Part shown: positions 27,648 to 37,794 of the stretch, one piece after another
Layout of the letters: each line of letters starts with the position of its first letter
How positions within the stretch are numbered: position 1 is the stretch's first letter
Source of the DNA: an uncultured virus (IMG/VR IMGVR_UViG_3300011693_000001)
Taxonomy: Duplodnaviria; Heunggongvirae; Uroviricota; Caudoviricetes
Length of the DNA stretch: 64,000 bases
Direction: 5' to 3' (one strand)
Virus record (IMG/VR): IMGVR_UViG_3300011693_000001
Coordinates: 62,001-126,000 of that record
Translations under genes and position numbers: made by a program
The notes under the pieces: model-generated
What the model saw: only the letters and a program-made list of their open reading frames with translations
Told to the model about the DNA's origin: nothing
Databases searched by the model: none

Positions 27648-29129
27648 ATGCTACCTACCTCTGGTACTCTGAAGCTTTCGCAAGTTGCTGCGGAATTCAG
27701 TGAGCCTCTTCCTGTGAAGTTTAGTAAGTTCTACGGGGTGGCTGACGGTATTCCATCTTCCGGTACTATGAAGCTATCTCAGTTCTACGGAAAATATAAA
27801 CTGTTGGCGCAAATCGACGCTTACCTGTTCGACAGTACAGCACAGCTTGATAGTTTTAAAGCAACAAACGTTCCTCCGACTATGCAGAGCGTGTTCAATA
27901 CGTGGGGCCGATTTTCAGATAACGCTTGGTATCCTTCCGGTACTACTCCGGGTGGAGAGGCTGCGTCATGGGCATACGAAGAAGGTTCGACTTCAACTAC
28001 AACACAAAAACAGAATCTGCCTATATTTGGCGTGAAACCAATCGGTATCAATACGGCTGCTGAGTTGTCGCAGTTAGATATCGAATACGCTGACACCAAT
28101 AATCGCAGAATATCTTTTACTGGTAATGATCAGTATGCCTATTTCTGTCATCCGGTAGAACTAGGTATCGCTACGTTCGTTGATGTTGCCGCTGGTTTTC
28201 CCGGCGGATGGGATGGCGCTAGTTGGCCTGACAATGGCGATTTCGGAGATACCTATGGACCTCTGACTATTACTCGGACTATCGGTAGTACAACTAGTCA
28301 ATGGTATTTGTATCGCACTGATTTCCCCATGACAGGCAGCTATCAGTTTGATGTTACGTTCCCTAATCCCGGTTTGCAGAGTTATAGTACGGTAATCACT
28401 ACGGTTCCCGGCGGTGATGGAAAGATTGTTACTACCACTAACTCTAGTACACGCATTGGTTTCATTAGTAGTGAAAAGCTGGACAACTATACGTTCGAAG
28501 CTACTTTGGCTTCAACCAACCCCGATGATGACTTAATAGGGTTAGTGGTTGCGCATAAACACGATGGAACTAATAACATTATATTGATGGCATATCGTGC
28601 GAACTACACTGCGAGCAATTGGGTTCTTCAGTTATATGATGGTTCCTTGGCCACACCCCAAGTTATTTTGGTTAATGGTAGTAATTCGATTACAACTGGT
28701 TTTCAAAATAGCACTTATAGGGGTTGGGTAACTAGTGGTCCTACTCGTATCCGTATTCAAAGAACTGGTGATATCATTAAAGCTTGGTGTTCACCATTCG
28801 GTTCTACGGTAATTGATTCCACTACGCTCATTCAATTCGATTTGAATTCAAATGCTTCGACAGCTAAACTGAAAGGACCGCAATCTTACGGTTATATGGC
28901 ATATAGTCAAGCTAGTTCTTCCTTCACTGATATCAAACTTACTGGTGGTTTGGTTTCTGACACCATTTATAACACAAATGGACAAGTATGGAAGTATAAC
29001 GGTAGTTCGTGGTCTTTAGATGGAGAATCCTCTTTATTGGGTAGCTTAGGCTATCCGCGAAGAGTTCGTAATCCTTCAACGGGTTATGTATTTAACATTG
29101 ATCCCAATGGTGTTATCACTCGCGTTTAA
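27648..29129 (+). CDS. Putative fibre-tip adhesin / lectin-like protein
   Basis: N-terminal LPTSGTLKLS...FYGK attachment-type motif; internal GGWDG domain; DDDLIG lectin/TSP-C-like motif; GAGG SD. Confidence 0.65.
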   Translation: MLPTSGTLKLSQVAAEFSEPLPVKFSKFYGVADGIPSSGTMKLSQFYGKYKLLAQIDAYLFDSTAQLDSFKATNVPPTMQSVFNTWGRFSDNAWYPSGTTPGGEAASWAYEEGSTSTTTQKQNLPIFGVKPIGINTAAELSQLDIEYADTNNRRISFTGNDQYAYFCHPVELGIATFVDVAAGFPGGWDGASWPDNGDFGDTYGPLTITRTIGSTTSQWYLYRTDFPMTGSYQFDVTFPNPGLQSYSTVITTVPGGDGKIVTTTNSSTRIGFISSEKLDNYTFEATLASTNPDDDLIGLVVAHKHDGTNNIILMAYRANYTASNWVLQLYDGSLATPQVILVNGSNSITTGFQNSTYRGWVTSGPTRIRIQRTGDIIKAWCSPFGSTVIDSTTLIQFDLNSNASTAKLKGPQSYGYMAYSQASSSFTDIKLTGGLVSDTIYNTNGQVWKYNGSSWSLDGESSLLGSLGYPRRVRNPSTGYVFNIDPNGVITRV

Positions 29130-29173
29130 GCACCTTTGTCTGTTTATTTCGAATGATTAATTCATATAAACAG

Positions 29174-29180
29174 TAATTTA
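29174..29180 (+). promoter_or_regulatory. Putative late promoter TAATTTA
   Basis: Intergenic copy of the motif. Confidence 0.55.
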
Positions 29181-29207
29181 GAACAGGCACAGAACAGGAG
29201 AACTGAC

Positions 29208-30239
29208 ATGCCTCTTTATCCAACTTCTTTCTTTATTCCGCCGGCCGGTGTACCCTTCATTCTTGAAGATAAGTACATGCGTGGCGGTTATCGCGTTTTA
29301 GCTACATTAGCTGAACGTGATGCTATTGCAGTCGCCGCACGTAAAGCCGGTATGATTGTCCGCGTTACCGAAGACAATACTCTGTATGAACTCGTTGGAG
29401 GTACAGGTAATGCTTTCTGGAAGCCTATCGATTTGATGAAGTATATCAAACTCGGCGCTCCTATTATTCTGTCCGAAGATGGTTCCCTTACTTTGGACCT
29501 AGGTTCTTCCTTTAACCTTACCGAAGGAAAACTTAGCATTAACGTTACCGAGTTACTCGGCCCGACGTTAAAGGACTTCTTTTCTGCCACTTCCGCTGAT
29601 AACGGTAAAGTGCTGACTTATGATTCGACAAGTGGTACTTTCATCCTGAAAGCGGTAACTGCCGGTACGAGCGGTCCTACCTACAGAGCACTTGCACCTA
29701 TCACTATTAACGCACAAAATGAGATCGGTGTTAACTTCACCAACTTGTTCAGCAACAGTATGGTTACTTTCTTCTCCGCTGTTGCCGCAGATGACGGTAA
29801 AGTGCTGACCTATGAACACGCCACTCAGAAGTTTGTTCTGAAAGCTCCGGCTGCCGGGGGTACTACGCTTGCCCGTGCCTCCAACTCTTATAACCGTGGA
29901 AGTATTGCTGCTGGTGCCACTAGTGACTTTATTGTTCCTACCGGTAAAACAGCAATGGTTATCTCACTTAGTGTTAACGCAGCTGATGTTACTGTAGAGT
30001 GCCATTCTACTCCGACTCGTACGGATGTTAACCCGTATAAGTTTAAGTCTGCCACGGGTAAACTGCTGGATGACGGTACAAGTATTCTGGAAGATGGTTC
30101 CACTCAATACAATCGACGTTATGCATTCGTAGCCAATCTTGAAGCAACTCCTGGCAGTAACACTTATTGGCGCGTAACCAACAATTCCGCTTCCGCTCAA
30201 AGTATTACTGTAAATATTACATACCTGACGTACGAGTAA
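29208..30239 (+). CDS. Virion fibre-related protein, N-terminus paralogous to the 24934 fibre
   Basis: GVPFILEDKYMRGGYR...AERDAI shared; duplicated FFSAxxADxGKVLTY. Confidence 0.7.
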   Translation: MPLYPTSFFIPPAGVPFILEDKYMRGGYRVLATLAERDAIAVAARKAGMIVRVTEDNTLYELVGGTGNAFWKPIDLMKYIKLGAPIILSEDGSLTLDLGSSFNLTEGKLSINVTELLGPTLKDFFSATSADNGKVLTYDSTSGTFILKAVTAGTSGPTYRALAPITINAQNEIGVNFTNLFSNSMVTFFSAVAADDGKVLTYEHATQKFVLKAPAAGGTTLARASNSYNRGSIAAGATSDFIVPTGKTAMVISLSVNAADVTVECHSTPTRTDVNPYKFKSATGKLLDDGTSILEDGSTQYNRRYAFVANLEATPGSNTYWRVTNNSASAQSITVNITYLTYE

Positions 30240-30245
30240 TCCACG

Positions 30246-31397
30246 ATGGAAGAGTTGATTCCGGGTATGATGATAAGCCTATCTGCGGACCACGACCTGA
30301 GCGACTTTGATTGGTACACATTTAACGGCGAGCGTTCTGTTACGTTAAAGGGTCACAATCAACGTCACGACTTCAAACTTGAAAAAGGCGATGTGTACGG
30401 TGTTCGTTCCACTCGACAGCTTGGTAAGATGCAAGCTGTTAAGCGTGATATGACTCATGTACTCTTCCGCAATATTGAAGAGTCGAAGTTAGATAAGATC
30501 ATCGAGAAATCGAAAGCTTATCGCGGCCCTGCTGTTAAGCACCCTGAATTGGAAGGTCGCAAACGTGCTCCGAAGGTAGCTATCAAAAGTACCGAGATTA
30601 AAATGCCGAATCGTTTGGTCGACGCTTACTTCACACCGAAGAATGTTATCGAGCGTACAACATACAACCGGCAAGATTACCAATGGCGCAAGGTTGGAAA
30701 ACAAATCCGCGTTATCACTAAGAAGATGGGTAAAGCTCGAAAGCCTCTCGAACTTGGCGATATGATTGGTATGCGATTTGTCACTCAAGCTAAGGGTGGC
30801 TATATCATCATGCCTAATCAGGAACGGGTCAACATTCCTACCGAAATTTACAAAGAGATTGTCGAGAATTCTCGCATTCTCCCACGCGCAGAACAGCTAT
30901 CCGGTGAAATCAATATGCTGGATATCAAAGAGCAAGTTCTGCAAGATCGTCCAGAGGCACGTAGAGCAACGATTAAACGTCGTGGTGGAAACGCTATGAC
31001 TAACTTGCGTCGTCGCTTGGCTAATGATCCTCTTCTTCACGATGAGGATGATCACGATGACTTCGAAGATGAAACCAATCTTGAAGCTGAGACAGTTCGA
31101 GAAATGTTGAGTCCGGGTAGTATCATCAAGATCAGCCGTGCCCGCGATCGGCGTGTAATGGTTTTCCGTATGAAAGTAGATGAGACAAAACATCAGATGA
31201 CGATGTATTTCCTCGGTCTGCTGGATGGCGATAAACCTAACATCGAAGAAGTATACTTCACCAAACTTGATTCTCGCACTCGCGTATCTGACGTGAAATC
31301 GAAAATCACCGTCGAAGGTCACTATCCGACAGCTAAGCTGAAGCGCATTACTGGCGTCGAATTGTCGGATGCTAAGACTATTTCCCTAACGAGGTAA
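30246..31397 (+). CDS. Hypothetical protein, possibly virion-associated
   Basis: Long ORF with normal codon usage. Confidence 0.65.
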   Translation: MEELIPGMMISLSADHDLSDFDWYTFNGERSVTLKGHNQRHDFKLEKGDVYGVRSTRQLGKMQAVKRDMTHVLFRNIEESKLDKIIEKSKAYRGPAVKHPELEGRKRAPKVAIKSTEIKMPNRLVDAYFTPKNVIERTTYNRQDYQWRKVGKQIRVITKKMGKARKPLELGDMIGMRFVTQAKGGYIIMPNQERVNIPTEIYKEIVENSRILPRAEQLSGEINMLDIKEQVLQDRPEARRATIKRRGGNAMTNLRRRLANDPLLHDEDDHDDFEDETNLEAETVREMLSPGSIIKISRARDRRVMVFRMKVDETKHQMTMYFLGLLDGDKPNIEEVYFTKLDSRTRVSDVKSKITVEGHYPTAKLKRITGVELSDAKTISLTR

Positions 31398-31400
31398 ACC

Positions 31401-33311
31401 ATGAACTATAAGGCTTTAATCAGGAACCCTCGCGCTTATGCCGAGTCGCTTACTATCAAAGCAGCTGTTGATATGGCGAAGGAATTGGATCGTCTGTATC
31501 ACGAAGACGCAAACTCTCCGGTTCCTGATGAAGTCTATGATGTTCTGGTTAAGGTGATTGCCGAGCGTTCGCCTAATAACAAGTACCTCAAGAAGATCGG
31601 AGCGAAAGTTAGCAGCGGTATTAAAGTGCGCTTGAATACACCTATGCCTTCGTTGGACAAGCGCTTTCCCGGCACTAAAGAGCTTACTAAGTTCCTAACG
31701 CCGGGAACGTTTGTCGTATCTGATAAGAAAGACGGTCAGAGTCTTACATTAGGTTATCCCTCCGGCACCCTGAGTTATGCATATACTCGGGGTGACGGCG
31801 TTATTGGACAAGATGTTTCCGGTATCTGTCCTGCATTAAAAGTCCCACAATCCATTGGTAAAACAATGGAAGTGCGGGTTGAATTCATTATGTCTAAGGC
31901 ACGTTTTGAATCTAAGTTCAAAAGCGATGAGTATAAAGTGGCCCGGAATATGGTCGCTGGCTTAACCAAACGTAATGAGCCTTCTCGCCACGTAGCTAAC
32001 ACTGATGTTGTCGCTTTCGAAATTCTCAGTGGTTATGGTAGTGATAAACCACAATCACAACAGTTGAAAATCCTTGAACGTCTAGGCTTTCAAGTCGTCG
32101 TCCATAAGGTGATGAAAAATCTCACCGAGAATCAACTGGTCACTTACTACCATGAGCGTAAAAAGAAAGCGAAGTATGAAATTGATGGTATCGTGGTAGC
32201 GAAGGATGTTCCTTATCGTCATACCGCTGATAACCCGAAACACGCTATCGCCTTTAAGATCAATAGTATCGAGGATGCTCAGGTAACTAAGGTCATCGAT
32301 ATTGAGTGGAAACAAAGCCGCCACCGTAAACTGGTTCCTACTATCTGGATCGAACCAATCTTTATTAACGGTGTGGAAATCAATAAAGTCACCGGTCATA
32401 ACTGGTTCTTTATTCAAAACGGCTTCCGCTTTAAAGACCGTGCCAAGAAACCTCCTGTGCGGCCGATCAACATCGGTTCTGTAGTGAAGGTGTCTCGTCG
32501 CGGCGAAGTTATCCCGCATATTGAAGAAGTTGTAAAACCCTCTCGCCGGCCTTCCGTCCCTGCCCAAGAACACCTTGTTTCTGGTGTAGACGCTATGGCT
32601 GTAGATAAGACCGCTTCTGTAGAGCAGAAGATCAAACACTTCTTCACCGTGATGGAAGTAGAAGGTATTAAGCTGGGTACTATTCGTAAACTGGAAACGG
32701 TTGGCTTGAATACTATCACAAAGATTCTACGTGCAGGCTCAGCCGATTTCATGCAGGCTGAAGGTATTCAACATACCAGTGCAGTACGTCTGTACAAAGG
32801 AATCCAAGAGCTTAAAACTAAAGGTTCCTCTTTTGCTAAACTCGGTCACGCCTCCGGTGTTTTCGGAAACAAGATTGGCGAAACAAAACTCCAAGCAGTA
32901 TATGACCACTATCCGCGCATTATGTCTTGGGCTGACAAGGACACTGGTTGGTTGACTGCGAAGTTGGAGCAAGTAGCTGGTCTGCAAACACTAGCCGCAG
33001 TCATAGCTAAAAAATTGCCCGCGTTTGTTCGCTTCGTAGAACGTAACGATCTGAAGATAATCAAACCGAAGGTCGTAAGAGCGACAGGCACTGCGATGAA
33101 AGACCGTTCCGTATTGTTTACCTCTGTACGCAATAAGGAACTTGAGGATTGGATCAAAGCTAACGGCGGTAAAGTAGCTACTACCGTGAAGCAAGCGAAT
33201 ATTCTCATCGTCAAAGACGTAGGCGCCTCTAATACGAAGATTGATTACGCTCGGGAAAACCGTATCCCGATTTTTACCGTCGATGGATTCAAGAAAAAAT
33301 ATGGCATTTAA
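31401..33311 (+). CDS. ligA: NAD-dependent DNA ligase
   Basis: YD..L, MPSLDK, KKDG adenylation motif, TRGDG, RNMVAG, EIDGIV, AFK, GEVIP, C-terminal BRCT. Confidence 0.95.
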   Translation: MNYKALIRNPRAYAESLTIKAAVDMAKELDRLYHEDANSPVPDEVYDVLVKVIAERSPNNKYLKKIGAKVSSGIKVRLNTPMPSLDKRFPGTKELTKFLTPGTFVVSDKKDGQSLTLGYPSGTLSYAYTRGDGVIGQDVSGICPALKVPQSIGKTMEVRVEFIMSKARFESKFKSDEYKVARNMVAGLTKRNEPSRHVANTDVVAFEILSGYGSDKPQSQQLKILERLGFQVVVHKVMKNLTENQLVTYYHERKKKAKYEIDGIVVAKDVPYRHTADNPKHAIAFKINSIEDAQVTKVIDIEWKQSRHRKLVPTIWIEPIFINGVEINKVTGHNWFFIQNGFRFKDRAKKPPVRPINIGSVVKVSRRGEVIPHIEEVVKPSRRPSVPAQEHLVSGVDAMAVDKTASVEQKIKHFFTVMEVEGIKLGTIRKLETVGLNTITKILRAGSADFMQAEGIQHTSAVRLYKGIQELKTKGSSFAKLGHASGVFGNKIGETKLQAVYDHYPRIMSWADKDTGWLTAKLEQVAGLQTLAAVIAKKLPAFVRFVERNDLKIIKPKVVRATGTAMKDRSVLFTSVRNKELEDWIKANGGKVATTVKQANILIVKDVGASNTKIDYARENRIPIFTVDGFKKKYGI

Positions 33312-34124
33312 ATGCAAACAACCACTGGCACGACAGCGGCCGGCGATTTATTAGTTAATCTGGTCAAAGCCCCTGTCTTAACATTTGAAAAAGATTATGC
33401 GATGTGGAATACAGAACCTCATCGCACTGGAATTGTTTTACGTAGAAGTGCCGAACCTTGTGATGAGCGTTGTATCTTCCAAGGTGATATTCAGCAACAT
33501 GATACATTCATTGTCCCCAACGAGCATGAGCCGTATCAAGGGGCCATAACCCGCGCCCGTTTGCTTAATGCAGATCAAGTCAACCTTTATGGTATCAGCA
33601 CTTATGATCAGCATCGTTCTTTGATCGCCGAAATGTACAAGGGCGACACTGTAATCGATAGTCACCTTTACGATAAGTATCAGTTAAGTGATGCTCGGGG
33701 TACAGGGGAAGTCTCTCTGTACTCCGATCTTGCTGTATCTTATACTGATATAGGTCATGTCTTGACTAGGGGCTACAGCTCTCTTCGCTTAAAAGATGTG
33801 TCACGCATCGGTAGTATCTACGCGCTTACTCTTGAACCAAAAGGCACCCGCGTTCGCTTCGCTATATCTTTCGATGGTCATAAGAGTTACAAGGTGTTCC
33901 GCCGAAAAGAATTAGTGGACATTTATGATGATCCCGCTGCTATTGCTGAATACGGTAACAATAGTACCGATCTTTGTTATGGTTTTCGCAATATGAAACC
34001 TGATGATCGAACCGTCGTAGACTTCAAAATAGTTTTACAATCTGATAACACTGATGCCACTCCCGTGTTCTACGGATTCCGGTGCAGCTTGTATAGTACC
34101 ATTACTTCACAATCCGAGGGATAA
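33312..34124 (+). CDS. Hypothetical protein, probably structural
   Basis: RFAISFDG...LQSDNTDATPV pattern typical of virion beta-rich domains. Confidence 0.55.
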   Translation: MQTTTGTTAAGDLLVNLVKAPVLTFEKDYAMWNTEPHRTGIVLRRSAEPCDERCIFQGDIQQHDTFIVPNEHEPYQGAITRARLLNADQVNLYGISTYDQHRSLIAEMYKGDTVIDSHLYDKYQLSDARGTGEVSLYSDLAVSYTDIGHVLTRGYSSLRLKDVSRIGSIYALTLEPKGTRVRFAISFDGHKSYKVFRRKELVDIYDDPAAIAEYGNNSTDLCYGFRNMKPDDRTVVDFKIVLQSDNTDATPVFYGFRCSLYSTITSQSEG

Positions 34125-34128
34125 TCCC

Positions 34129-34329
34129 ATGCAGCGCTTTCAGCAGATAAGCATCAGTTTGGCGACACCATCACCAAACATCGATGAGCTTATCAAAGAG
34201 TTTTTTATCACCAATTCCAGTCCGACTGATGAGCAAGTACATGCCTTAGCCGAATCGCTCGCTATTACACCTGAGCGTCTGGAAGAGCGTATCTACCAAT
34301 TGTTTTCCGCACTCCTTCAAGGAAAGTAA
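34129..34329 (+). CDS. Small hypothetical protein
   Basis: GAGG SD before ATG 34129; PTDEQVHALAESL helical motif. Confidence 0.6.
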   Translation: MQRFQQISISLATPSPNIDELIKEFFITNSSPTDEQVHALAESLAITPERLEERIYQLFSALLQGK

Positions 34330-34330
34330 G

Positions 34331-35470
34331 ATGAAAGTAGCAGTATACAGTATCTGCAAAAATGAAGAGAAGCACGTAGCTCGTTGGTTAGACTCAGTTC
34401 GTGATGCCGACGCTATTTATGTACTGGATACAGGAAGCACCGACAGTACACGTGAGTTGCTGGAGCAGGAACCGAAAGTTCAGCTGCATACTGCTAACTT
34501 CATCCCATTCAGATTCGATGTTGCCCGGAACATGATCGCTAATCAAGTGCCGGAAGATTTCGATATCTGTTTGTTCCTTGATTTTGACGAAGTTCTGGAA
34601 CCCGGCTGGCGTAGGAAACTTGAAGAAATTCAAGAACCCTTCAATGGTCTGTGGTTCCGCATGATATTCTCGCGTGATGCTTCCGGTGAACCTGATGTAG
34701 TCTACCAACGGCTCATGGCTCATCGGCCGCACCATTACGTTTGGATGTATCCAATTCACGAAGTTCTAGTCCCTATTGAACTCGGAATGACAGAATTGAA
34801 TGTACCTATCACGGTAGAACATTTACCTGATATGGATAAGCCTCGCTCTGACTATCTCGATATGTTGAAAATGGCAGTTGACGAAATGCCGCAAGACCCG
34901 CGCATGCGTCAATATCTAGGCCGTGAGTTCATGTACCGGGAAGAATGGGCTAATGCTATTTTGCACTTCGAAACACATGTGCTACTAAAGGATAGTCCTG
35001 CGTGTATTGCTGAATCGTATCGTTATATCTCTCGATGCCATGAAGCGATGAACCATCTTACCGAAGCAGAGCATGCTTTGTTGCGAGCTATCGCTGTATC
35101 CCCTGATCAACGTGAAGCCTACGCGGAATTGAGTGCTCTGTATCAACGCTGTCAGGAAATTGAACGCTGCTTGGCCTTTGCCCTAACCTGCGCTTCTATT
35201 CCTGAGAGTGCTAGCTATGTGATTCGTGAGCGCCGTTACTACCGCGAATGGCCGCATCACATGGCAGCTTGGTGTTATAATCAATTAGGTGCGTTGGAGT
35301 TAGCACAAAAGCATATACGTTATGCTTTCAATTTGAACCCCGACCATCCTCAAGTGATTGCAGACCTCATTAGCTTGACCGGTGAAGTTCCCGTAGAGCT
35401 AATGAATAAGATTAACAGTGGTGATTTGAGTATTTCTTATGAAAGCCGAAGCAGCGGGCATCAGCCGTAA
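34331..35470 (+). CDS. GT2 glycosyltransferase with C-terminal TPR repeats
   Basis: ICKNEE, DTGSTDST, FDVARN, LDFDE (DxD), HE; TPR helices. Confidence 0.9.
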   Translation: MKVAVYSICKNEEKHVARWLDSVRDADAIYVLDTGSTDSTRELLEQEPKVQLHTANFIPFRFDVARNMIANQVPEDFDICLFLDFDEVLEPGWRRKLEEIQEPFNGLWFRMIFSRDASGEPDVVYQRLMAHRPHHYVWMYPIHEVLVPIELGMTELNVPITVEHLPDMDKPRSDYLDMLKMAVDEMPQDPRMRQYLGREFMYREEWANAILHFETHVLLKDSPACIAESYRYISRCHEAMNHLTEAEHALLRAIAVSPDQREAYAELSALYQRCQEIERCLAFALTCASIPESASYVIRERRYYREWPHHMAAWCYNQLGALELAQKHIRYAFNLNPDHPQVIADLISLTGEVPVELMNKINSGDLSISYESRSSGHQP

Positions 35471-36935
35471 GCAGTTTCTTGCTCTGAGTCCATCCAAACG
35501 TAAAAAGTATCTTAAGCAGTTTCCTCAATCTAGCCATCGTTTTCTTGATGGTGAGGGCGGGTCTAGCGAGGCTCCTGAAGAGAAACTTAAAAAAGTTAAG
35601 AAGGGAGATAAGCCTAAGAAGGGTGATAAGCCTAAGAAAGAAAAGAAAAAGAAAGAAGCGGAGATTGAACAGGACGAAGAGAAAGAACCTGAAGTAAAGA
35701 AGCGTCCATTTAGTCGCTTTATGACCAAGGCTCAATTCGCCATTCTTTCTGACGAAGAGAAAGCCTCTTATCTTGACCAGTTCCCCGGTAGCTCTCATAA
35801 GGAGCGTCCACCTCGCATTAAGCCACGTCCAAGCCGTATGGAACATAATCTGGATTTCACTGATGAAGAGCTGGCTTCTATGCATGAGGAAATGCAACAA
35901 GAGCTGGCTAATATGAGCACGGAAAATCGAGCTAGCATTAACCGGGAAAGTATCGGCCACTTAAATGATGTATCCACAGATGATATGCGTGAAGTGAGCG
36001 AAGATGTTCGCCACCACAGCGAAGAAATCGCAGAAGACGTCGCTAAGCGATTTCAGCGTCACCCTAAACTTTTCGGAGCTGGTTTATCCGGTATACGTAA
36101 GTTGTGGGGAGGTGAGGATGAACCCTCTCGTGCAGAAAAGAAAGCAGCCGATAAAGTTCTCACGCAGGCCACCAAATACGTAATGTTAGGGGCCGGTGTT
36201 GTAGCTCTAGCCGCTGCTGCTTCTCCTGTAGCGATGGTAGTAGGTGCGCTTATCCTAGACGCTTATGCCTCTAAATTTCTTGAGACTAAAGAAAACAAGA
36301 AGGAAGAGCAACTAGATAAGCTCAAACAAGAAAACTCTTTGATGAAGCAGAAGGAAAAGGAACGCCAAGAGCAATTGCGTGCCAAGATTCGCGCGCAGAA
36401 GGAAGAAGAAAAACGACTAGCTGAGCAGAAAGAAGAAACAGAGGAACGTCTGGAAGAATCTGCGGAAAAGGATCAGGCTGAATCCGAAGAAGAGCTTGAA
36501 CCTAATGTTCAAGAAGATGGAGATAGCGGAGAGGCTGTCTCTGACGAAACAGATGACGATGAAGAACCTAAGAAGAAAAAGAAGAAAAAGAAGAAAAAGA
36601 AAGGAATGAAATCGGAATCGGCATATCATAAGAATGATCTAGGTACTGGTATTGAGTTCACGCACGAAGATGATTTTGATACTATCCATGAGGTAGTTAA
36701 AAACATCGGTCAGTTCTTCGAGGATAACGATGCCGATACTTTACGCGATCATGCACGTGTTGCCTACGGTAAGCTAGCCAGCCATCTTGTATCCGAATCT
36801 TCTGCTACCTATAACAGTATCGACGATCTTGCTCAAGCAGTCTCCGGTCAGGTAGAAGGTAATTTTGTAGTAACGGCATCTGCCCGTTACGAATATAACG
36901 AAACGACTGGACGTTACGGTCATGCAAAAGATTGA
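35439..36935 (+). CDS. Highly charged hypothetical protein with a central hydrophobic segment
   Basis: Poly-K and acidic tracts; two copies of an F..LS...K..YL..FP.S.H motif. Confidence 0.7.
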   Translation: MKAEAAGISRKQFLALSPSKRKKYLKQFPQSSHRFLDGEGGSSEAPEEKLKKVKKGDKPKKGDKPKKEKKKKEAEIEQDEEKEPEVKKRPFSRFMTKAQFAILSDEEKASYLDQFPGSSHKERPPRIKPRPSRMEHNLDFTDEELASMHEEMQQELANMSTENRASINRESIGHLNDVSTDDMREVSEDVRHHSEEIAEDVAKRFQRHPKLFGAGLSGIRKLWGGEDEPSRAEKKAADKVLTQATKYVMLGAGVVALAAAASPVAMVVGALILDAYASKFLETKENKKEEQLDKLKQENSLMKQKEKERQEQLRAKIRAQKEEEKRLAEQKEETEERLEESAEKDQAESEEELEPNVQEDGDSGEAVSDETDDDEEPKKKKKKKKKKKGMKSESAYHKNDLGTGIEFTHEDDFDTIHEVVKNIGQFFEDNDADTLRDHARVAYGKLASHLVSESSATYNSIDDLAQAVSGQVEGNFVVTASARYEYNETTGRYGHAKD

Positions 36936-37668
36936 TATCCAAATGGAAGCTACCTCTTTCTCAATTGGTAGCGTTCCGACAGCTCTAAACAAAGCTAGCA
37001 AAACAGGTGCTTTGCATCTAGGCGCTAAAGTTGCCGGTGGCGAAGCTCGTAACCTAGAGGTGCATAACCTGTTAGCGGGTGCCTCAGAAGTATACCTAAT
37101 CAGCCCTGATGTTAGAGACTACATCATCATCCCTACTGTTAGTATGATTTCCGATATCCCTAATACAAACGGGGATAGTCTAAGTAAGCGGGAATTGCTG
37201 CGCTTTAACCCTAAACGGGGTTGCTTGACATATGAAACTTGGAAAGGTATGCCTACATTTGTTGAGCACGACAATAAGGATCATACCAAAGCCAAAGGGA
37301 TTATCTTAGATAGTTATCTAACTACTCTTCGTGGATTCCAAGGTGATTTGGTCAAAAGCGTCAAACTGCTAGCTTTTGACCGTACGAAAGACCCAGCTCT
37401 ATGCGAGCGCCTTCTTCGTAGGGAAGTGAACACATTTAGTCTTGGTTTTCTTTTCTCCGCATATGAGTGTAGTATCTGCGGTCACGTGTCCACAGGTCAA
37501 ACTTTCTGCGGTCATACTCGTCCTAAGCAGCGTACTTATAGGATGAACGATGGTCGCTTAGCTTACCGTCGTTGTATGTATGCAAACGGCTTTGAAGAGT
37601 CGGTTGTAAACGATCCCGCATACGTTTCTAACCTTAGTGACATTCTTCTCGACCCACGAAAGCTGTAG
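36922..37668 (+). CDS. Putative prohead (capsid maturation) protease
   Basis: PNTNGD, FVEHDN, KGIILD, FSLG, CSICG, S.V.DPA pattern typical of this phage protease type. Confidence 0.65.
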   Translation: MQKIDIQMEATSFSIGSVPTALNKASKTGALHLGAKVAGGEARNLEVHNLLAGASEVYLISPDVRDYIIIPTVSMISDIPNTNGDSLSKRELLRFNPKRGCLTYETWKGMPTFVEHDNKDHTKAKGIILDSYLTTLRGFQGDLVKSVKLLAFDRTKDPALCERLLRREVNTFSLGFLFSAYECSICGHVSTGQTFCGHTRPKQRTYRMNDGRLAYRRCMYANGFEESVVNDPAYVSNLSDILLDPRKL

Positions 37669-37705
37669 GCTTGAAACTGTGTTTAGTAAACTGTAAATAA
37701 CCAGT

Positions 37706-37794
37706 ACCTGAGAGGAAAAGCGCCGGCCAGCGCGGGAAAAGCCTATCACTTTTCCCTTACTCTCAGGTTTCTTTTTATCTGATAGGGATAAATC
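37706..37794 (+). ncRNA. Candidate cis-regulatory RNA leader, copy 1 (three-way junction plus pseudoknot to the RBS)
   Basis: P1 37706-14/37760-68; P2 GCGC-CGGCCA-GCGC; P3 GGGAAAAG-CCTATCA-CTTTTCCC; the P3 loop is complementary to TGATAGG 37780-86, overlapping the SD. Confidence 0.7.
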
